64,000 bases of DNA from Bdellovibrionales bacterium (GTDB lineage Bacteria > Bdellovibrionota > Bdellovibrionia > Bdellovibrionales > JAGQZY01), in assembly GCA_964230645.1 (NCBI GenBank), contig CAXRHT010000003.1, forward strand, positions 320,001 to 384,000, given 5' to 3'. Each line of letters opens with the position of its first letter. Position 1 is the first letter of the stretch. Below are positions 26,933 to 37,517 of the stretch, in pieces. The position numbers and the translations under genes are program-made. Under the pieces are notes generated by a model. It ran no database searches. It was not told where the DNA came from and was given only the letters and a program-made list of their open reading frames with translations.

Positions 26933-28756
26933 TTGAGGTTTGACGAATCCTTTATAGAGAAAGTGGTGGATGCCAATAATATTGTGGAAATTATTTCCCA
27001 ATATACGGATCTGAAAGCCCGTGGTGATCAGCATATGGGACTTTGTCCGTTTCCCGATCATAAAGAAAAAACGCCGAGCTTTTCGGTCTCTGAAAGTAAG
27101 CAGCTTTACAATTGTTTTGGCTGTAAGAAAGCAGGCAACATCATCACGTTTTTAAAAGACTATAATGGGTTTTCCTTTGTAGAAGCCATTGAGCACTTAG
27201 CCAGTCGTGCCCATATTGATCTTCCTAAGCCTGAAGAAACAAAACAAAATCCAAGGGGACGCCGAACTCCGCCTGATGAGAAAAAAAGCATGCTTAGAGC
27301 CAACCGTGTCGCGGCTGTGTTTTATCATCAAAATTTAAAGAAGCTCCCTGATAACCACAAGGTGAAGGCCTACTTAAAAAAGAGAAACCTCAGAGATGAA
27401 ATTGTGGAAGAATTCCGCCTGGGTTATTCCCCTGAGCCTTGGGATGAATTAACAAAGCACCTGCAGAGTAAAGGTGCTCCCATTAAAATAACCGAAAAGC
27501 TGGGTTTAATAAAAAGGAATTCAAAGGGCGGGCATTTTGATCTTTTTAGAGATCGATTGATGTTTCCCATCTTCGCTATTGATTCCGAAGTGATTGGCTT
27601 TGGTGGAAGAATTATTGATCAGGGTCAGCCAAAGTATATGAACTCCGTCGACTCTCCTGTCTTTAAAAAGGGACAGAGTTTTTATGGGCTCGATAAGGCC
27701 GCGAAATTCATTCGTATGGAAGACCGAGTCTTTGTGGTGGAAGGTTATATGGACCTTCTAGCCCTTTACTCTAACGGTATAAAAAACGTTGTGGCTACTC
27801 TCGGTACAGCACTAACAGAAAATCATGTTCGCCTTTTGAAAAGATGGACTCAAAATGTGGTTCTTGTTTTTGACGGCGATCAAGCGGGACAAACCGCCAG
27901 TGAAAGAAGTTTGGTGCAATTTTTTAAGCACGATATGATGCCCCAAATTTTTGTTCTTCCTGAAGGCATGGATCCCGACGATTTCGTCAATGAAAAGGGA
28001 AGAGAGCGTTTTATTGAAAAAGCCAAAGACTCGGAAGATCTCTTTTTGAATCGTTTAAAAACTTGGATGAAGGGATATCGAGGACAGCCCAAAGATAAAA
28101 TTCAACTCATCGATCAAATCAGCCCACTCCTGCAAGCTCTTAAAGACAATCGTTTGAAACAACTTTATATTGAAGAAGTTGCGCGTCGAATGAGTGAAGA
28201 TCCTAGAAAGGTTTATAGTTGGCTAAAAGGAGCCAAAGTGGCGCCAAAGAGGGAAGAGCCAGCGCCTGAGCCACCTAAAAAGGAGGCCTCAAAGGATATG
28301 GTCTCCTTAGATGGTGTGGCCAAAGATGAGCTTGTTTTACTGGGTTTATCCCTTAAGTCACCGAAATACATGAACTTTTTTGAAAGTCATGGGGGGCTGG
28401 AGAGCATCACCCCGGAGAAGCTCAAGGAGCTATTCACTCAGGTTGTGGCCAAATATAGACAAGAACCTAGTAGTTTTGATAAGCTAGCCCACTTAGTTGT
28501 ATCTCAGGTGAAAAACCCTGAAAAAATTGTCAGTCTGATCAATATTTCGTCACCAAATGACGGGTCAGATAGGGATGAAGAGACTTTCAAGGAGTGCTTT
28601 AATCAGGTTCGAGATCGATATTTACAAAGGAAAGCCGAGGAAATGCTAGTAGAGCTAAAAAGTGACCCCTCAGACGACAAATTGGAACGATTTGTGAATA
28701 TACAAAATGAACGTAAAGCACTAAAAGAACTAATAAAGAGCCCCTTAGGAGAGTAG
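26933..28756 (+). CDS. dnaG: DNA primase
   Basis: CPFPDHKEKTPSF zinc finger, FRDRLMFPI, VEGYMD, FDGDQAG, DPDD. Confidence 0.97.
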   Translation: MRFDESFIEKVVDANNIVEIISQYTDLKARGDQHMGLCPFPDHKEKTPSFSVSESKQLYNCFGCKKAGNIITFLKDYNGFSFVEAIEHLASRAHIDLPKPEETKQNPRGRRTPPDEKKSMLRANRVAAVFYHQNLKKLPDNHKVKAYLKKRNLRDEIVEEFRLGYSPEPWDELTKHLQSKGAPIKITEKLGLIKRNSKGGHFDLFRDRLMFPIFAIDSEVIGFGGRIIDQGQPKYMNSVDSPVFKKGQSFYGLDKAAKFIRMEDRVFVVEGYMDLLALYSNGIKNVVATLGTALTENHVRLLKRWTQNVVLVFDGDQAGQTASERSLVQFFKHDMMPQIFVLPEGMDPDDFVNEKGRERFIEKAKDSEDLFLNRLKTWMKGYRGQPKDKIQLIDQISPLLQALKDNRLKQLYIEEVARRMSEDPRKVYSWLKGAKVAPKREEPAPEPPKKEASKDMVSLDGVAKDELVLLGLSLKSPKYMNFFESHGGLESITPEKLKELFTQVVAKYRQEPSSFDKLAHLVVSQVKNPEKIVSLINISSPNDGSDRDEETFKECFNQVRDRYLQRKAEEMLVELKSDPSDDKLERFVNIQNERKALKELIKSPLGE

Positions 28757-30547
28757 ATGGCACAAGGGAAGACCGCAAAAAAACCGTTATCCGTAGCAAA
28801 ACAACAAAAGATGGCCGTCGAAGAGGCGGAACGCTTAATACAAGCCGCAAAGAAAAGTGGTGAAGACCTTACCGTTCAAGAACTCGATGATGCCCTACCA
28901 AAAGAACTGATCGCTCCTGAAGCCATTGATATCGTAGTGCAGTCTATCGAAGCTCATGGGATCACTATCGCAGAGCATGAAATTGAAGACGGTGGCGAAG
29001 CCGCGGCCTTCTTAGAAAACCAAGGCGATGGAAAAGATGATGATGATTCTGGAGCGGACGTTAAATCAAACGACCCTGTTCGTCTTTACCTTCGTAAGAT
29101 GGGAAGTGTTTCACTCCTTACTCGTGAAGGTGAAGTACAAATTGCTCAAAGAATCGAAGCGGGGGAGAGACAAATTGTTCGCGCGATTTTAACCTCACCT
29201 ATTGGAACTCGTGAGATCATTCAACTTGGCGACCGAGTGGATCAAGGAAAGCTTAAGGTTAAAGCGATCTTCCGTGGTCTTGAAGACGAAGAGACTCAGT
29301 ACGAAGAACAAGAGTACATCGATAAAATTCACGAACTCATTGGTGAAGTAAAAGAGTACGAAAAAAATGTAATGAAGCACTTTAAAGAGCTCTCTCGTAC
29401 AGATCTTCCCAAGGAAGAAAGACAAAAAGTTCTCACTCAAGTTGATAAAGAACTTGAGAACCTAATGATGACCTTCGAGAAAATTAACTTTAATCGTAAA
29501 ACGATCAACCGAATTGTGATTAAGTTTAAAAACCTTGTGGGGCGTATGACGGCCCTTCGCCGTCGAATTAAAGTCGGTGTTGAGAGAACATTCTCTGGAG
29601 ATGTTGAGTCTCTAGTGGCTCGTTATAAAAAAGTTGAGCAGAGCGAAAAAGAAATGGCTCAGATGACTCAGGACACAGGTCTTTCATTTAACAAATTCCG
29701 CGATCTTTACTTACAAACAGTAGACGCAAAAAAACGTCTAGATAGCCTTAATAACGATGCACAAATGCACTATGAGTGGATTCGTGACACGCACACTGAA
29801 ATCTGGAAAGGGGAGCGTGAAGCCGACCTTGCGAAATCAGAACTTGTGGAAGCGAATCTTCGTTTGGTTGTTTCGATCGCTAAAAAATACACCAACCGTG
29901 GGCTACAGTTCTTGGATCTGATCCAAGAAGGAAACATTGGTCTTATGAAGGCCGTGGATAAGTTTGAGTATCGTCGTGGATATAAATTTTCAACTTACGC
30001 CACTTGGTGGATTCGTCAGGCTATTACTCGTGCCATCGCTGACCAAGCAAGAACGATCCGTATTCCAGTTCATATGATTGAGACGATTAACAAACTCGTT
30101 AGAACTTCTCGTTATCTCGTACAGGAACTTGGGCGTGAGCCACAACCAGAAGAGATTGCAGTGAAGATGGATATGCCAGTGGACAAGGTTAGAAAAGTCC
30201 TTAAGATTGCAAAAGAGCCTATCTCTCTTGAAACCCCTGTGGGTGAAGAGGAAGATTCGCACTTAGGTGATTTCATTGAAGATAAAAAGGTGATCAATCC
30301 TGGTGAAGCGATTGTTAATCTGAACTTAGCTGAGCAAACAAGAAAAGTCCTTTCCACCCTGACTCCAAGAGAGGAAAAAGTCCTCCGTATGCGTTTTGGA
30401 ATCGGTGAAGAGAGTGACCACACCCTTGAGGAAGTGGGACAAGACTTTAACGTGACTCGTGAGAGAATCCGGCAGATTGAGGCCAAAGCTCTTAGAAAGC
30501 TTCGTCATCCTTCTCGCTCAGGAAAGCTTAAAACCTTTATCGACTAA
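28757..30547 (+). CDS. rpoD: RNA polymerase primary sigma factor
   Basis: [55 protein letters not shown]. Confidence 0.98.
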   Translation: MAQGKTAKKPLSVAKQQKMAVEEAERLIQAAKKSGEDLTVQELDDALPKELIAPEAIDIVVQSIEAHGITIAEHEIEDGGEAAAFLENQGDGKDDDDSGADVKSNDPVRLYLRKMGSVSLLTREGEVQIAQRIEAGERQIVRAILTSPIGTREIIQLGDRVDQGKLKVKAIFRGLEDEETQYEEQEYIDKIHELIGEVKEYEKNVMKHFKELSRTDLPKEERQKVLTQVDKELENLMMTFEKINFNRKTINRIVIKFKNLVGRMTALRRRIKVGVERTFSGDVESLVARYKKVEQSEKEMAQMTQDTGLSFNKFRDLYLQTVDAKKRLDSLNNDAQMHYEWIRDTHTEIWKGEREADLAKSELVEANLRLVVSIAKKYTNRGLQFLDLIQEGNIGLMKAVDKFEYRRGYKFSTYATWWIRQAITRAIADQARTIRIPVHMIETINKLVRTSRYLVQELGREPQPEEIAVKMDMPVDKVRKVLKIAKEPISLETPVGEEEDSHLGDFIEDKKVINPGEAIVNLNLAEQTRKVLSTLTPREEKVLRMRFGIGEESDHTLEEVGQDFNVTRERIRQIEAKALRKLRHPSRSGKLKTFID

Positions 30548-30577
30548 AAATCACTGATTTTAAAGTTAAAGAGAATC

Positions 30578-30614
30578 TAGAACCCCTAAAAGACTTTTTA
30601 GGGGTTTTCTTTTT
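30578..30614 (+). terminator. Rho-independent terminator after rpoD
   Basis: aacccctaaaa-gact-ttttaggggtt followed by a T-rich tail. Confidence 0.75.
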
Positions 30615-30693
30615 AGGGGCGATGTTTATTGCCTTTGTTCCTCATCGGGAATATGAATAGAGGAAGTGACGTCGTCACCCAAAGTACCTTTAA

Positions 30694-30770
30694 GGGGGCT
30701 TAGCTTAGTTGGTTAAAGCATCCGGCTCATAACCGGAGGATCGAAGGTTCGAGTCCTTCAGCCCCTACCA
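30694..30770 (+). tRNA. tRNA with CAT anticodon (probably Ile2; elongator Met not excluded)
   Basis: Cloverleaf, TCCGG-ctCATaa-CCGGA, encoded CCA; lacks the initiator three G-C pairs; position after rpoD is typical of tRNA-Ile2. Confidence 0.93.
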
Positions 30771-30854
30771 TTTAAGGTACCCGGTTCTTTTTTCGGATGC
30801 ATTTCGTCAAGCATTCACCAGTTTCCCCAGAGCAGAAGTTTTTTGATGTCTTTC

Positions 30855-31769
30855 CTAATAAATCGTTAGGTTTTTAGTGTAATTAAATAGGAAATCGGAG
30901 AAATGTTTTACGTTGGGTAAAGGTTTTCGACCTGAGGGAGACACCAAGTGCATATCGATCGAGTCTGTTTTCCATTTTGGAATGAGCAACTTAAGATCGC
31001 CATTGATCAGTTGTTGTGAGCAGAGAAAGCGTGGAAGAAGGCCAATTCCTTTTGATTTTAAGGTAACATCTCTAACAAAATCGGGGCTATTGGCCGTGAT
31101 TGCTCCCTTGAGACTTACTTTTTTTCTCTGTTTGCCATATTTGAAAACAACATCTTTGCCTTCGATGTTTGAGAGGATAAAGCAAGGGTAGTTACAGACA
31201 TCCTGGATGGACTTTAGGTGACTGACAGAATCATAGAATTTTGAGCTGGCAAAAAAATTCATTTCGAAATCGCCAAGTTTTCTAATCTTTAGACTGCTGT
31301 CTTTCAATTTTCCGAGTCGAATTGCAAGGTCCACGTTTTCATGATCGATATTTAACGAATCTTGTGAGAAGTAAACTTCGATTTTAACTTTCGGAAATAG
31401 CTCGTGATAGCGGGATATAATATCTGGGAGAAAGGCGGAGGCCGCACCGTGGGCTGCTGTGAGAATGATTCGTCCCTCGGGTTCTTGGTCTTTTTTATCG
31501 AGATCAAAGATGACCTCTTCTAAATCATTAAAAATTCTGTGGCATCTTGAATAAAATTTCTCACCTTCAGCTGTTAAGCGGAATTCCCTCGTTGTTCGGT
31601 GGACTAAGGTAACACCGAGATCGTTTTCAAGTTCCTGTAGCACACGACTTAAACGGCCCTTGTCTAAATTTAAAAAATTGGCCGCTTCTGTGAGACTATT
31701 CGACTGAGCGATCCTCAAGAAAACACTGACATGGTTAATATTTATTCGGTCATGAAGGTTGTTGCCCAT
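30855..31769 (-). CDS. LysR family transcriptional regulator
   Basis: SLTEAANFL...LSRVLQELENDLG...RTTR...LTAEG HTH; DLAIR substrate domain. Confidence 0.95.
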   Translation of the reverse strand: MGNNLHDRININHVSVFLRIAQSNSLTEAANFLNLDKGRLSRVLQELENDLGVTLVHRTTREFRLTAEGEKFYSRCHRIFNDLEEVIFDLDKKDQEPEGRIILTAAHGAASAFLPDIISRYHELFPKVKIEVYFSQDSLNIDHENVDLAIRLGKLKDSSLKIRKLGDFEMNFFASSKFYDSVSHLKSIQDVCNYPCFILSNIEGKDVVFKYGKQRKKVSLKGAITANSPDFVRDVTLKSKGIGLLPRFLCSQQLINGDLKLLIPKWKTDSIDMHLVSPSGRKPLPNVKHFSDFLFNYTKNLTIY

Positions 31770-31890
31770 TGAGCAAAACTAGTACTACAAGGTTACGACT
31801 TCTGCAATAGAGTGATCTCAATATATTTGATAATCCTTATTTTACAAGTATTTAAAGGTTCTTAGTTAGCTTCTCGGTCTTAGCAACAAC

Positions 31891-31907
31891 GTTGTCGATT
31901 TGGCAAC
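31891..31907. promoter_or_regulatory. Putative LysR box (T-N11-A dyad)
   Basis: GTTGTC-gattt-GGCAAC in the divergent intergenic region; a second dyad TTGC-N7-GCAA overlaps the LysR start codon. Confidence 0.5.
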
Positions 31908-31992
31908 ACTGCTTTGAGATTAGACCTATTCTCTAATAACGAGAATTCAGTTACCTACACACAAGCAAAACATAAACTTCCAAGGGGGAATT

Positions 31993-32511
31993 ATGAAATT
32001 AAATAAAATATCTACAACCTTTCTACTTGTAGCGATCGGTCTTTTTGGCTTCAATGCTATGGCTCAGACCCAAGCTTTTTCATTAGAAAGTAAGGTAAAG
32101 CAAATTTTAGAGCCCTTTCAATGTAAAACAGAACAATCAAATCACAGCAGTAAAATTAGGCTCTGTCACCTTAAAGAAGATACTAGTAAAACTTTTCGGT
32201 TAAGCTATTTTGAAGGTGCTGACAGCTTATCTTTTTCACTCGAATTTAAAAATAATATGTCGGTAGCAGATTTCAAAATTTCATTTGAAGAGATCGCTGA
32301 TGTTATGCTTCCGGCGTTGATGAGTGCCTGGCCGGAAACAGGGGGCAGCGTTCTTTGCTTTAATAATTCAGGATCGATTCGCCCTCCTGAAATAAATCCT
32401 GAAGCACTGTTTGTTGATTCCTATGTGTCGAATCAAGTCCAGGCTCAAAACTCTTCTTTTATTCAGATTCTTGATCGTGGTTTTAGTTTCAGGCAATGTT
32501 TTATTGCTTAA
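31993..32511 (+). CDS. Hypothetical secreted protein divergent from LysR
   Basis: SD AAGGGGG; signal peptide ending AMA. Confidence 0.65.
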   Translation: MKLNKISTTFLLVAIGLFGFNAMAQTQAFSLESKVKQILEPFQCKTEQSNHSSKIRLCHLKEDTSKTFRLSYFEGADSLSFSLEFKNNMSVADFKISFEEIADVMLPALMSAWPETGGSVLCFNNSGSIRPPEINPEALFVDSYVSNQVQAQNSSFIQILDRGFSFRQCFIA

Positions 32512-32801
32512 ATGAATCTAAAGCTTCCGAGATTCCTAATATATAAGTTATTGGTATGGAAGTGGCGGTTCTGCCACCCTTCTACAGGGTACCGACACCG
32601 CGAATTGTAATGGTTTTTTCAAAAGGCGTGTACAGGCATTCTGAAAAGGAAGCCCGCCAAAGAGGCGAGAGTTTGTAGAGATCCTTGATAAAGCGACAGT
32701 GGTCGCTTTGTCATCCTAGCAATATTTTCAATTTTGGAAAATAGGCTTTAGGAATTGAAATGGGTGTCCTAATCTTTCGGGAACTTAACCAAGGAGTTCC
32801 C

Positions 32802-33179
32802 ATGAAAGCCTTCTCACTATTAGTACTCATTTCTCTGACAAGCTCTTTTGCTCAAGCTCAAGATAATTCCTGCCAACAGGCATTAGAGGAGATGAATCAG
32901 GTACGCGTAGAAAATATCGAAAACAAAGCGCAGATCTATGCGTTTCAGCAAATTTCTTGGGAAGCGCTCCAGATTTGTATGCAAGAAAACTTAGGGGAAA
33001 ACCAAGAGGCTTTCGCGCAGGTGGTTCAGGAAGCGAATGCTTGTCCTATGGGAGCAAAGAAAATAACCATAAAGCCAAGTGGAGAAATCATTCTCTCTGA
33101 TGAAGATGCGCAAGCCATGTTAGCTTTGTCTCAATGCACAGCTGAGCTTGCAGAGAGTGTTGGAAATAACGAGTATTGA
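32802..33179 (+). CDS. Hypothetical secreted helical protein
   Basis: AAGGAG SD; MKAFSLLVLISLTSSFAQA signal; four Cys. Confidence 0.65.
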   Translation: MKAFSLLVLISLTSSFAQAQDNSCQQALEEMNQVRVENIENKAQIYAFQQISWEALQICMQENLGENQEAFAQVVQEANACPMGAKKITIKPSGEIILSDEDAQAMLALSQCTAELAESVGNNEY

Positions 33180-33222
33180 TTTTTGAGCGAATTGATCTAT
33201 GCTCCTTTAAAAAGGAGTAAGT

Positions 33223-33489
33223 ATGGATATCGAAAAACTGAAAAATTGGGATAAGACTAAGGCCGATGATGGCAAAGAAGCCATCACAAAAAAGTTTAAG
33301 TTTGAAAATTTTAATGAGGCTTTTGGATTCATGACTCAAGTAGCGCTTAAAGCTGAAAAGATGAATCATCACCCCGAGTGGTTCAACGTTTATAATCAAG
33401 TAGAAGTCACTCTTACCACACATGACAAAGGTGGCTTAACTGATAATGATATGGAGCTTGCAGGCTTTATGGATCAGCTGAGACCCTAA
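33223..33489 (+). CDS. phhB: Pterin-4-alpha-carbinolamine dehydratase
   Basis: [22 protein letters not shown]. Confidence 0.93.
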   Translation: MDIEKLKNWDKTKADDGKEAITKKFKFENFNEAFGFMTQVALKAEKMNHHPEWFNVYNQVEVTLTTHDKGGLTDNDMELAGFMDQLRP

Positions 33490-33490
33490 T

Positions 33491-33796
33491 TTAGAGATGA
33501 GGATGTTTTTTCTTGGAAGATTCGTCTTCCAGTTTGAGTCCTGAAGTTTTTTCTTTACGCTTCTTTAATTTCTCAACATCCTCTTCTTTTTCCACCTTAT
33601 CATTGACCGGAATTGTTTTATTTTGGTTGGTGGCGGATCGATTTTCCCCAGCAGGATTGGAATCTAGTGTTTGTTGCCCACGATTCATTTGGACAGCACC
33701 CTCCGTATCGATCTTTTTACCGTGATGATCGGCGATCGCTAGAGTGGCTAGAATCAGTAGCATTGAAAAGATTGATGCGATAATTTGGCTAAACAT
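33491..33796 (-). CDS. Small exported hypothetical protein
   Basis: GGAGG SD, signal peptide, charged tail. Confidence 0.55.
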   Translation of the reverse strand: MFSQIIASIFSMLLILATLAIADHHGKKIDTEGAVQMNRGQQTLDSNPAGENRSATNQNKTIPVNDKVEKEEDVEKLKKRKEKTSGLKLEDESSKKKHPHL

Positions 33797-33975
33797 GCCA
33801 TACCTCCAATCCTAAAGTACTAAATCTCCAAGGAAAACTCTTGGACGACTCATGAAATTATCTTTTACAAAATACCACAAATGCTTTGGTCTAGGAAGAA
33901 ACCATTGAGAAGGGCAAATAGGCCCTCTGGCATAGGTTTCTTTCAAAGGCTCAGGTGATTTTTAATACTGTAAGC

Positions 33976-34452
33976 ATGAGAGTTATTATTCTGTTATCCC
34001 TTATTCTTTTTAAATGTCCCTTATTCGCTGGCACTGAAATCAACTTAAAGCTTCCCGATTTCTCTAACAAAATTAGCCATTTAAATATGACATTCCGAGT
34101 TTCGGTTCCCAAAGGACAGAAGATCACCCAAGGCCCAGATTCCCATATTCAATTTGAAAGCCATGCCAACGGTGAGTGGGAGGAGATTGGAAAAGTCAGC
34201 CTCAATGAGAGTTTGGACCTTTTTGGTCTTTCAAGACCGGTAAAATTCTCAACACCTATACAACAAGGAGTTTCGAAGCTTCGCTTGAAGGGTACCTTGT
34301 ACCATTGCCCAAAGCCTGACACGCCTCCTTCCTCAAAATCTTACTGTGTTATTCAAAACATAAAAGGACTCGCTCATTCCTCTGCTGAAGGAAAAAAAGA
34401 GCTCTACGCCCACATTAAGGGGACGATGATTGATCCAAATACCAATGACTAA
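33976..34452 (+). CDS. Hypothetical exported beta-sandwich-like protein
   Basis: Signal peptide; LYHC...YCV pattern. Confidence 0.55.
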   Translation: MRVIILLSLILFKCPLFAGTEINLKLPDFSNKISHLNMTFRVSVPKGQKITQGPDSHIQFESHANGEWEEIGKVSLNESLDLFGLSRPVKFSTPIQQGVSKLRLKGTLYHCPKPDTPPSSKSYCVIQNIKGLAHSSAEGKKELYAHIKGTMIDPNTND

Positions 34453-35401
34453 AATCTTGAAGGGCCTTTTCGGTTTTCACCCTTGGTTTGTAATCAAGGC
34501 GGGATTTCGCTTTTTCAATATTGAGAGTCATTGAAAAGGCAGCCACGCCCACTTTAATGGGAAGAAGGCTGGGCTCTTTTTTAGTTCCTAAAGCGTTTTG
34601 TAGGAATTCGTTAGCACGAGCCAGTGGCAGGATGAGAGAGAGTGGAATTCTTTTCCTTTTTCCATCCATTTTTACAACTGCTAAGGCATCTTCAATAAAA
34701 TCCCAAAGTTTCACAGGTTCATCATTGCTAATGTTATAGCTCTCACCAAAACGATCGGGCGGGGCTGTTAGAAGGTATTCGACAATATCGACAAGGTTTT
34801 CCACAGAGGTGAAATCAGTGATGTTTTCCCCCGTTCCTGGTTGGATGAGGAGATTTTTCTTTCTCATTTCAATAATGCGGGGGAGCCAGTTGGTGTCTCC
34901 TTTGCCAATCACACCGCGGGGACGAAGAGACACCGTGAGAAAGGAAGGGCTATTGTATTCAGAAACCTTTTTCTCAGCGAGATATTTTGTTTCAGCATAA
35001 GCGTTAGAAAACTTTGGGGGGATGTCGTCTTCCTTTAAATTGAATTGGTCTTTGTATTGAAAATATATGGAGGGAGAAGAGAAATTAATAAAACGCTTCA
35101 CCCCTGAATCTTTACAGGCACCCAACAAGTTCTCTGTAGCATCGACATTGGCTGTTTTGAAAGAATCGAAAGAACCCCAAGCTCCCGCCTTTCCGGCACA
35201 GTGGATAACGGCGTCACATTTTTTCACCAGTTTTTTGATATGCTCAAGGGAGGTTAGGTCTCCTCTTAAGTAGGTAAAAGATGGGGCTTCAAACAGCGAG
35301 GGACTTCGACCTGTTCCCAGAACCTGGTGACCTTTTTTGAGTAGACGATGACATATTTCTTTTCCAATAAACCCATTGGAGCCTGTGACAAGTATTTGCA
35401 T
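34415..35401 (-). CDS. NAD-dependent epimerase/dehydratase (3-beta-HSD/OleD-like extended SDR)
   Basis: TGSNGFIG, FSSPSIY, YAETK. Confidence 0.9.
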   Translation of the reverse strand: MQILVTGSNGFIGKEICHRLLKKGHQVLGTGRSPSLFEAPSFTYLRGDLTSLEHIKKLVKKCDAVIHCAGKAGAWGSFDSFKTANVDATENLLGACKDSGVKRFINFSSPSIYFQYKDQFNLKEDDIPPKFSNAYAETKYLAEKKVSEYNSPSFLTVSLRPRGVIGKGDTNWLPRIIEMRKKNLLIQPGTGENITDFTSVENLVDIVEYLLTAPPDRFGESYNISNDEPVKLWDFIEDALAVVKMDGKRKRIPLSLILPLARANEFLQNALGTKKEPSLLPIKVGVAAFSMTLNIEKAKSRLDYKPRVKTEKALQDFSHWYLDQSSSP

Positions 35402-35429
35402 TAGGGAACCCTGATTGAGGTTTGAGCTA

Positions 35430-36443
35430 TTAGTGTTCGATTGGGCTCCATTGGCGGCCCAGTCGAATGATTTTTTCTAGCAGACTTTTATAGGTGTAGC
35501 CTTGCTTTTTTGCACTATTGGAAAAATCGTCAAATTCAGAGATGTCTGGATTGGGATTGGCTTCAAGGATATAGGCTTTGCCTTCTTCATTAACCCGCAG
35601 GTCCATTCTGGCATATCCACTAAGGCCCAAGGCTTTGTAGGCTCTCTTTGCTAACTTTTGCAGTTCTTTGCACTTTTCCTCGGACAATTCGGCAGGGCCT
35701 GTGGAGATTCCTTTTCTTCCTCTATACTCTTCGTTGAATTTAGCCGCTGAGGAATAGAATTCCCTTTCAGGATGTTCTGATTGATTGAATTTAAGTTGCC
35801 AGACCGGAAGGGTTTCTAAACGATAATTTCCTAAAACACCGACGTAATACTCTTGGCCTGCAATGAACTGTTCGGCGATGGCATCGGTATAGAATTTTTT
35901 ATGGATGTATTCAACCCGCTCCCGTAGTTTTTCTTCATTGTGAACAACCGAAGCCTGCGAAAGTCCAAGTGAGGCTTCCTCGTTTAAGCATTTAACGATA
36001 ATTGGAAAACTCTTTAAAGTGAGTTTTCTTTTCGGGCTGTTACGAGGGAAAACTTGGAACTTCGCTGTGGGAATTTTATGATAAGAGAGAATCTTTTTAG
36101 AAAGAGCTTTGTCTCTTCCAATAATTAATCCTTTAGGATTCGAGCCCGTGTAGGGAGTACCCAACAACTCAAGATAGCTAACCACGTTTTGATCAAAGAC
36201 AGCCTCACCTTTGAACTCTTCAAGAAGATTAAAAATAATATGAGGATCAAATTCCTTTATATGACTTCGGATCCGTTTGAGGCTATCGGTCACTCCAAGC
36301 ATCTTTACATCGTGGCCAAGCTCCGTGAGTGCTTTTTTAACATCATACTCGGTGACCCATTCGATTTTGGCCCAATCCAACTCTTTTTCGACAACGTCTT
36401 CTGGAGGGATTAAGTCAGTGTGGACAAGAATGAGTATTCTCAT
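35430..36443 (-). CDS. D-Ala-D-Ala ligase-like ATP-grasp enzyme
   Basis: PYTGS, RDKALSK, EEASLG, EQFIAG, GYARMD, EANPNP. Confidence 0.85.
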   Translation of the reverse strand: MRILILVHTDLIPPEDVVEKELDWAKIEWVTEYDVKKALTELGHDVKMLGVTDSLKRIRSHIKEFDPHIIFNLLEEFKGEAVFDQNVVSYLELLGTPYTGSNPKGLIIGRDKALSKKILSYHKIPTAKFQVFPRNSPKRKLTLKSFPIIVKCLNEEASLGLSQASVVHNEEKLRERVEYIHKKFYTDAIAEQFIAGQEYYVGVLGNYRLETLPVWQLKFNQSEHPEREFYSSAAKFNEEYRGRKGISTGPAELSEEKCKELQKLAKRAYKALGLSGYARMDLRVNEEGKAYILEANPNPDISEFDDFSNSAKKQGYTYKSLLEKIIRLGRQWSPIEH

Positions 36444-36445
36444 GT

Positions 36446-37471
36446 TTACATCGCTATCTTATGGTGACCTGAGTTTATGTAATTAAGAGTTTGAGCTGTC
36501 AGCATTCCCACTAAATCCAAGCGAGTTTCTTTTTCGGATTTGGTTAAACGCAATTTCTTTTCCTGACAGCTCACAATAACCTCTTGAAGCATCTGATCAA
36601 TGGTGTACTTATACTGACCCGTCCAACGAGCCACCTGATCTCTAATAAGTTTACGCTCCCCGCGAATAAATTGGGAGGCTAATTTCTTTTTTTTGTACTG
36701 AGGGCTGTTGGAGAACAAACGAAACAGCAAGGGATCTAGGTAGAAAGGCTGGTCTAGTCCTAGTTCGTCCACTTTCTCTGAGTAATAGGTTTTAACTTTT
36801 CGACGGCTGGAATCGATTTTTCCAGGCTCTTCTTTTTTGCGTACAGGTGGTTTTTGGTGAGCAATCTCTTGCATCATCTCATCAACGAGCTTCAATTTTT
36901 TGAGAGCGGGCCAGTGTGAGTAGCGTTTTTTCCAGTTGGATTTTGGGTTGAGCCAAACGGCAAAGGTTTCCGCCCAATCCTCATCAGGGTGAGCTTGCGC
37001 GTACCAGGAGTTTAAATGCACAACGAATTTACGGGAGTAAGCTTTAGGAGCGTATTCCTCAGGATAGGGAGTGGAGGAGAGACCAAAAAGCTTTTGTCTT
37101 TTCCTGGATTTTCGCAATCTGTAAGCGTTGTCGATCGCGTGACCGGCTTCATGTCTGAGAAGTTTTATACAATTTCTTTCAGCGTAACCTTCTACATCGA
37201 ACATAATTTTTTTGTGAAGTTTCGCCAGACGTTCATTCACAACAAAAAAGGGAATGGCGATACCAGGAATACCATCAACCGAATACCAATCCTCTGAAAC
37301 CCACACGTGGGGACGAAAGCTGAGTCCTTTGGCCTCCAAGTCGTCGTAGAGTCTTTGTACTAAGGGCTCAATGCGACTTCCTTCAATCTTGAGGTCGAGA
37401 TCTGAGAACTTCAACTCCATAATTTCTTTATCAGAAAGGCTTTCCCACGAATGTTTGTTTCTTTTAGGCAT
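36446..37471 (-). CDS. Putative zinc-binding metallopeptidase (Peptidase_Mx-like)
   Basis: RHEAGHAID, WYAQAHPDEDWAETFAVW. Confidence 0.8.
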   Translation of the reverse strand: MPKRNKHSWESLSDKEIMELKFSDLDLKIEGSRIEPLVQRLYDDLEAKGLSFRPHVWVSEDWYSVDGIPGIAIPFFVVNERLAKLHKKIMFDVEGYAERNCIKLLRHEAGHAIDNAYRLRKSRKRQKLFGLSSTPYPEEYAPKAYSRKFVVHLNSWYAQAHPDEDWAETFAVWLNPKSNWKKRYSHWPALKKLKLVDEMMQEIAHQKPPVRKKEEPGKIDSSRRKVKTYYSEKVDELGLDQPFYLDPLLFRLFSNSPQYKKKKLASQFIRGERKLIRDQVARWTGQYKYTIDQMLQEVIVSCQEKKLRLTKSEKETRLDLVGMLTAQTLNYINSGHHKIAM

Positions 37472-37517
37472 ATAGAAAGTCTAACGAGATAAGAAAAAGC
37501 TGTCATATTGAGCTGCA

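Noticed and set aside
30694..32760. Prophage or integrative element at the tRNA
   Set aside because: No integrase and no duplicated tRNA 3' end seen.
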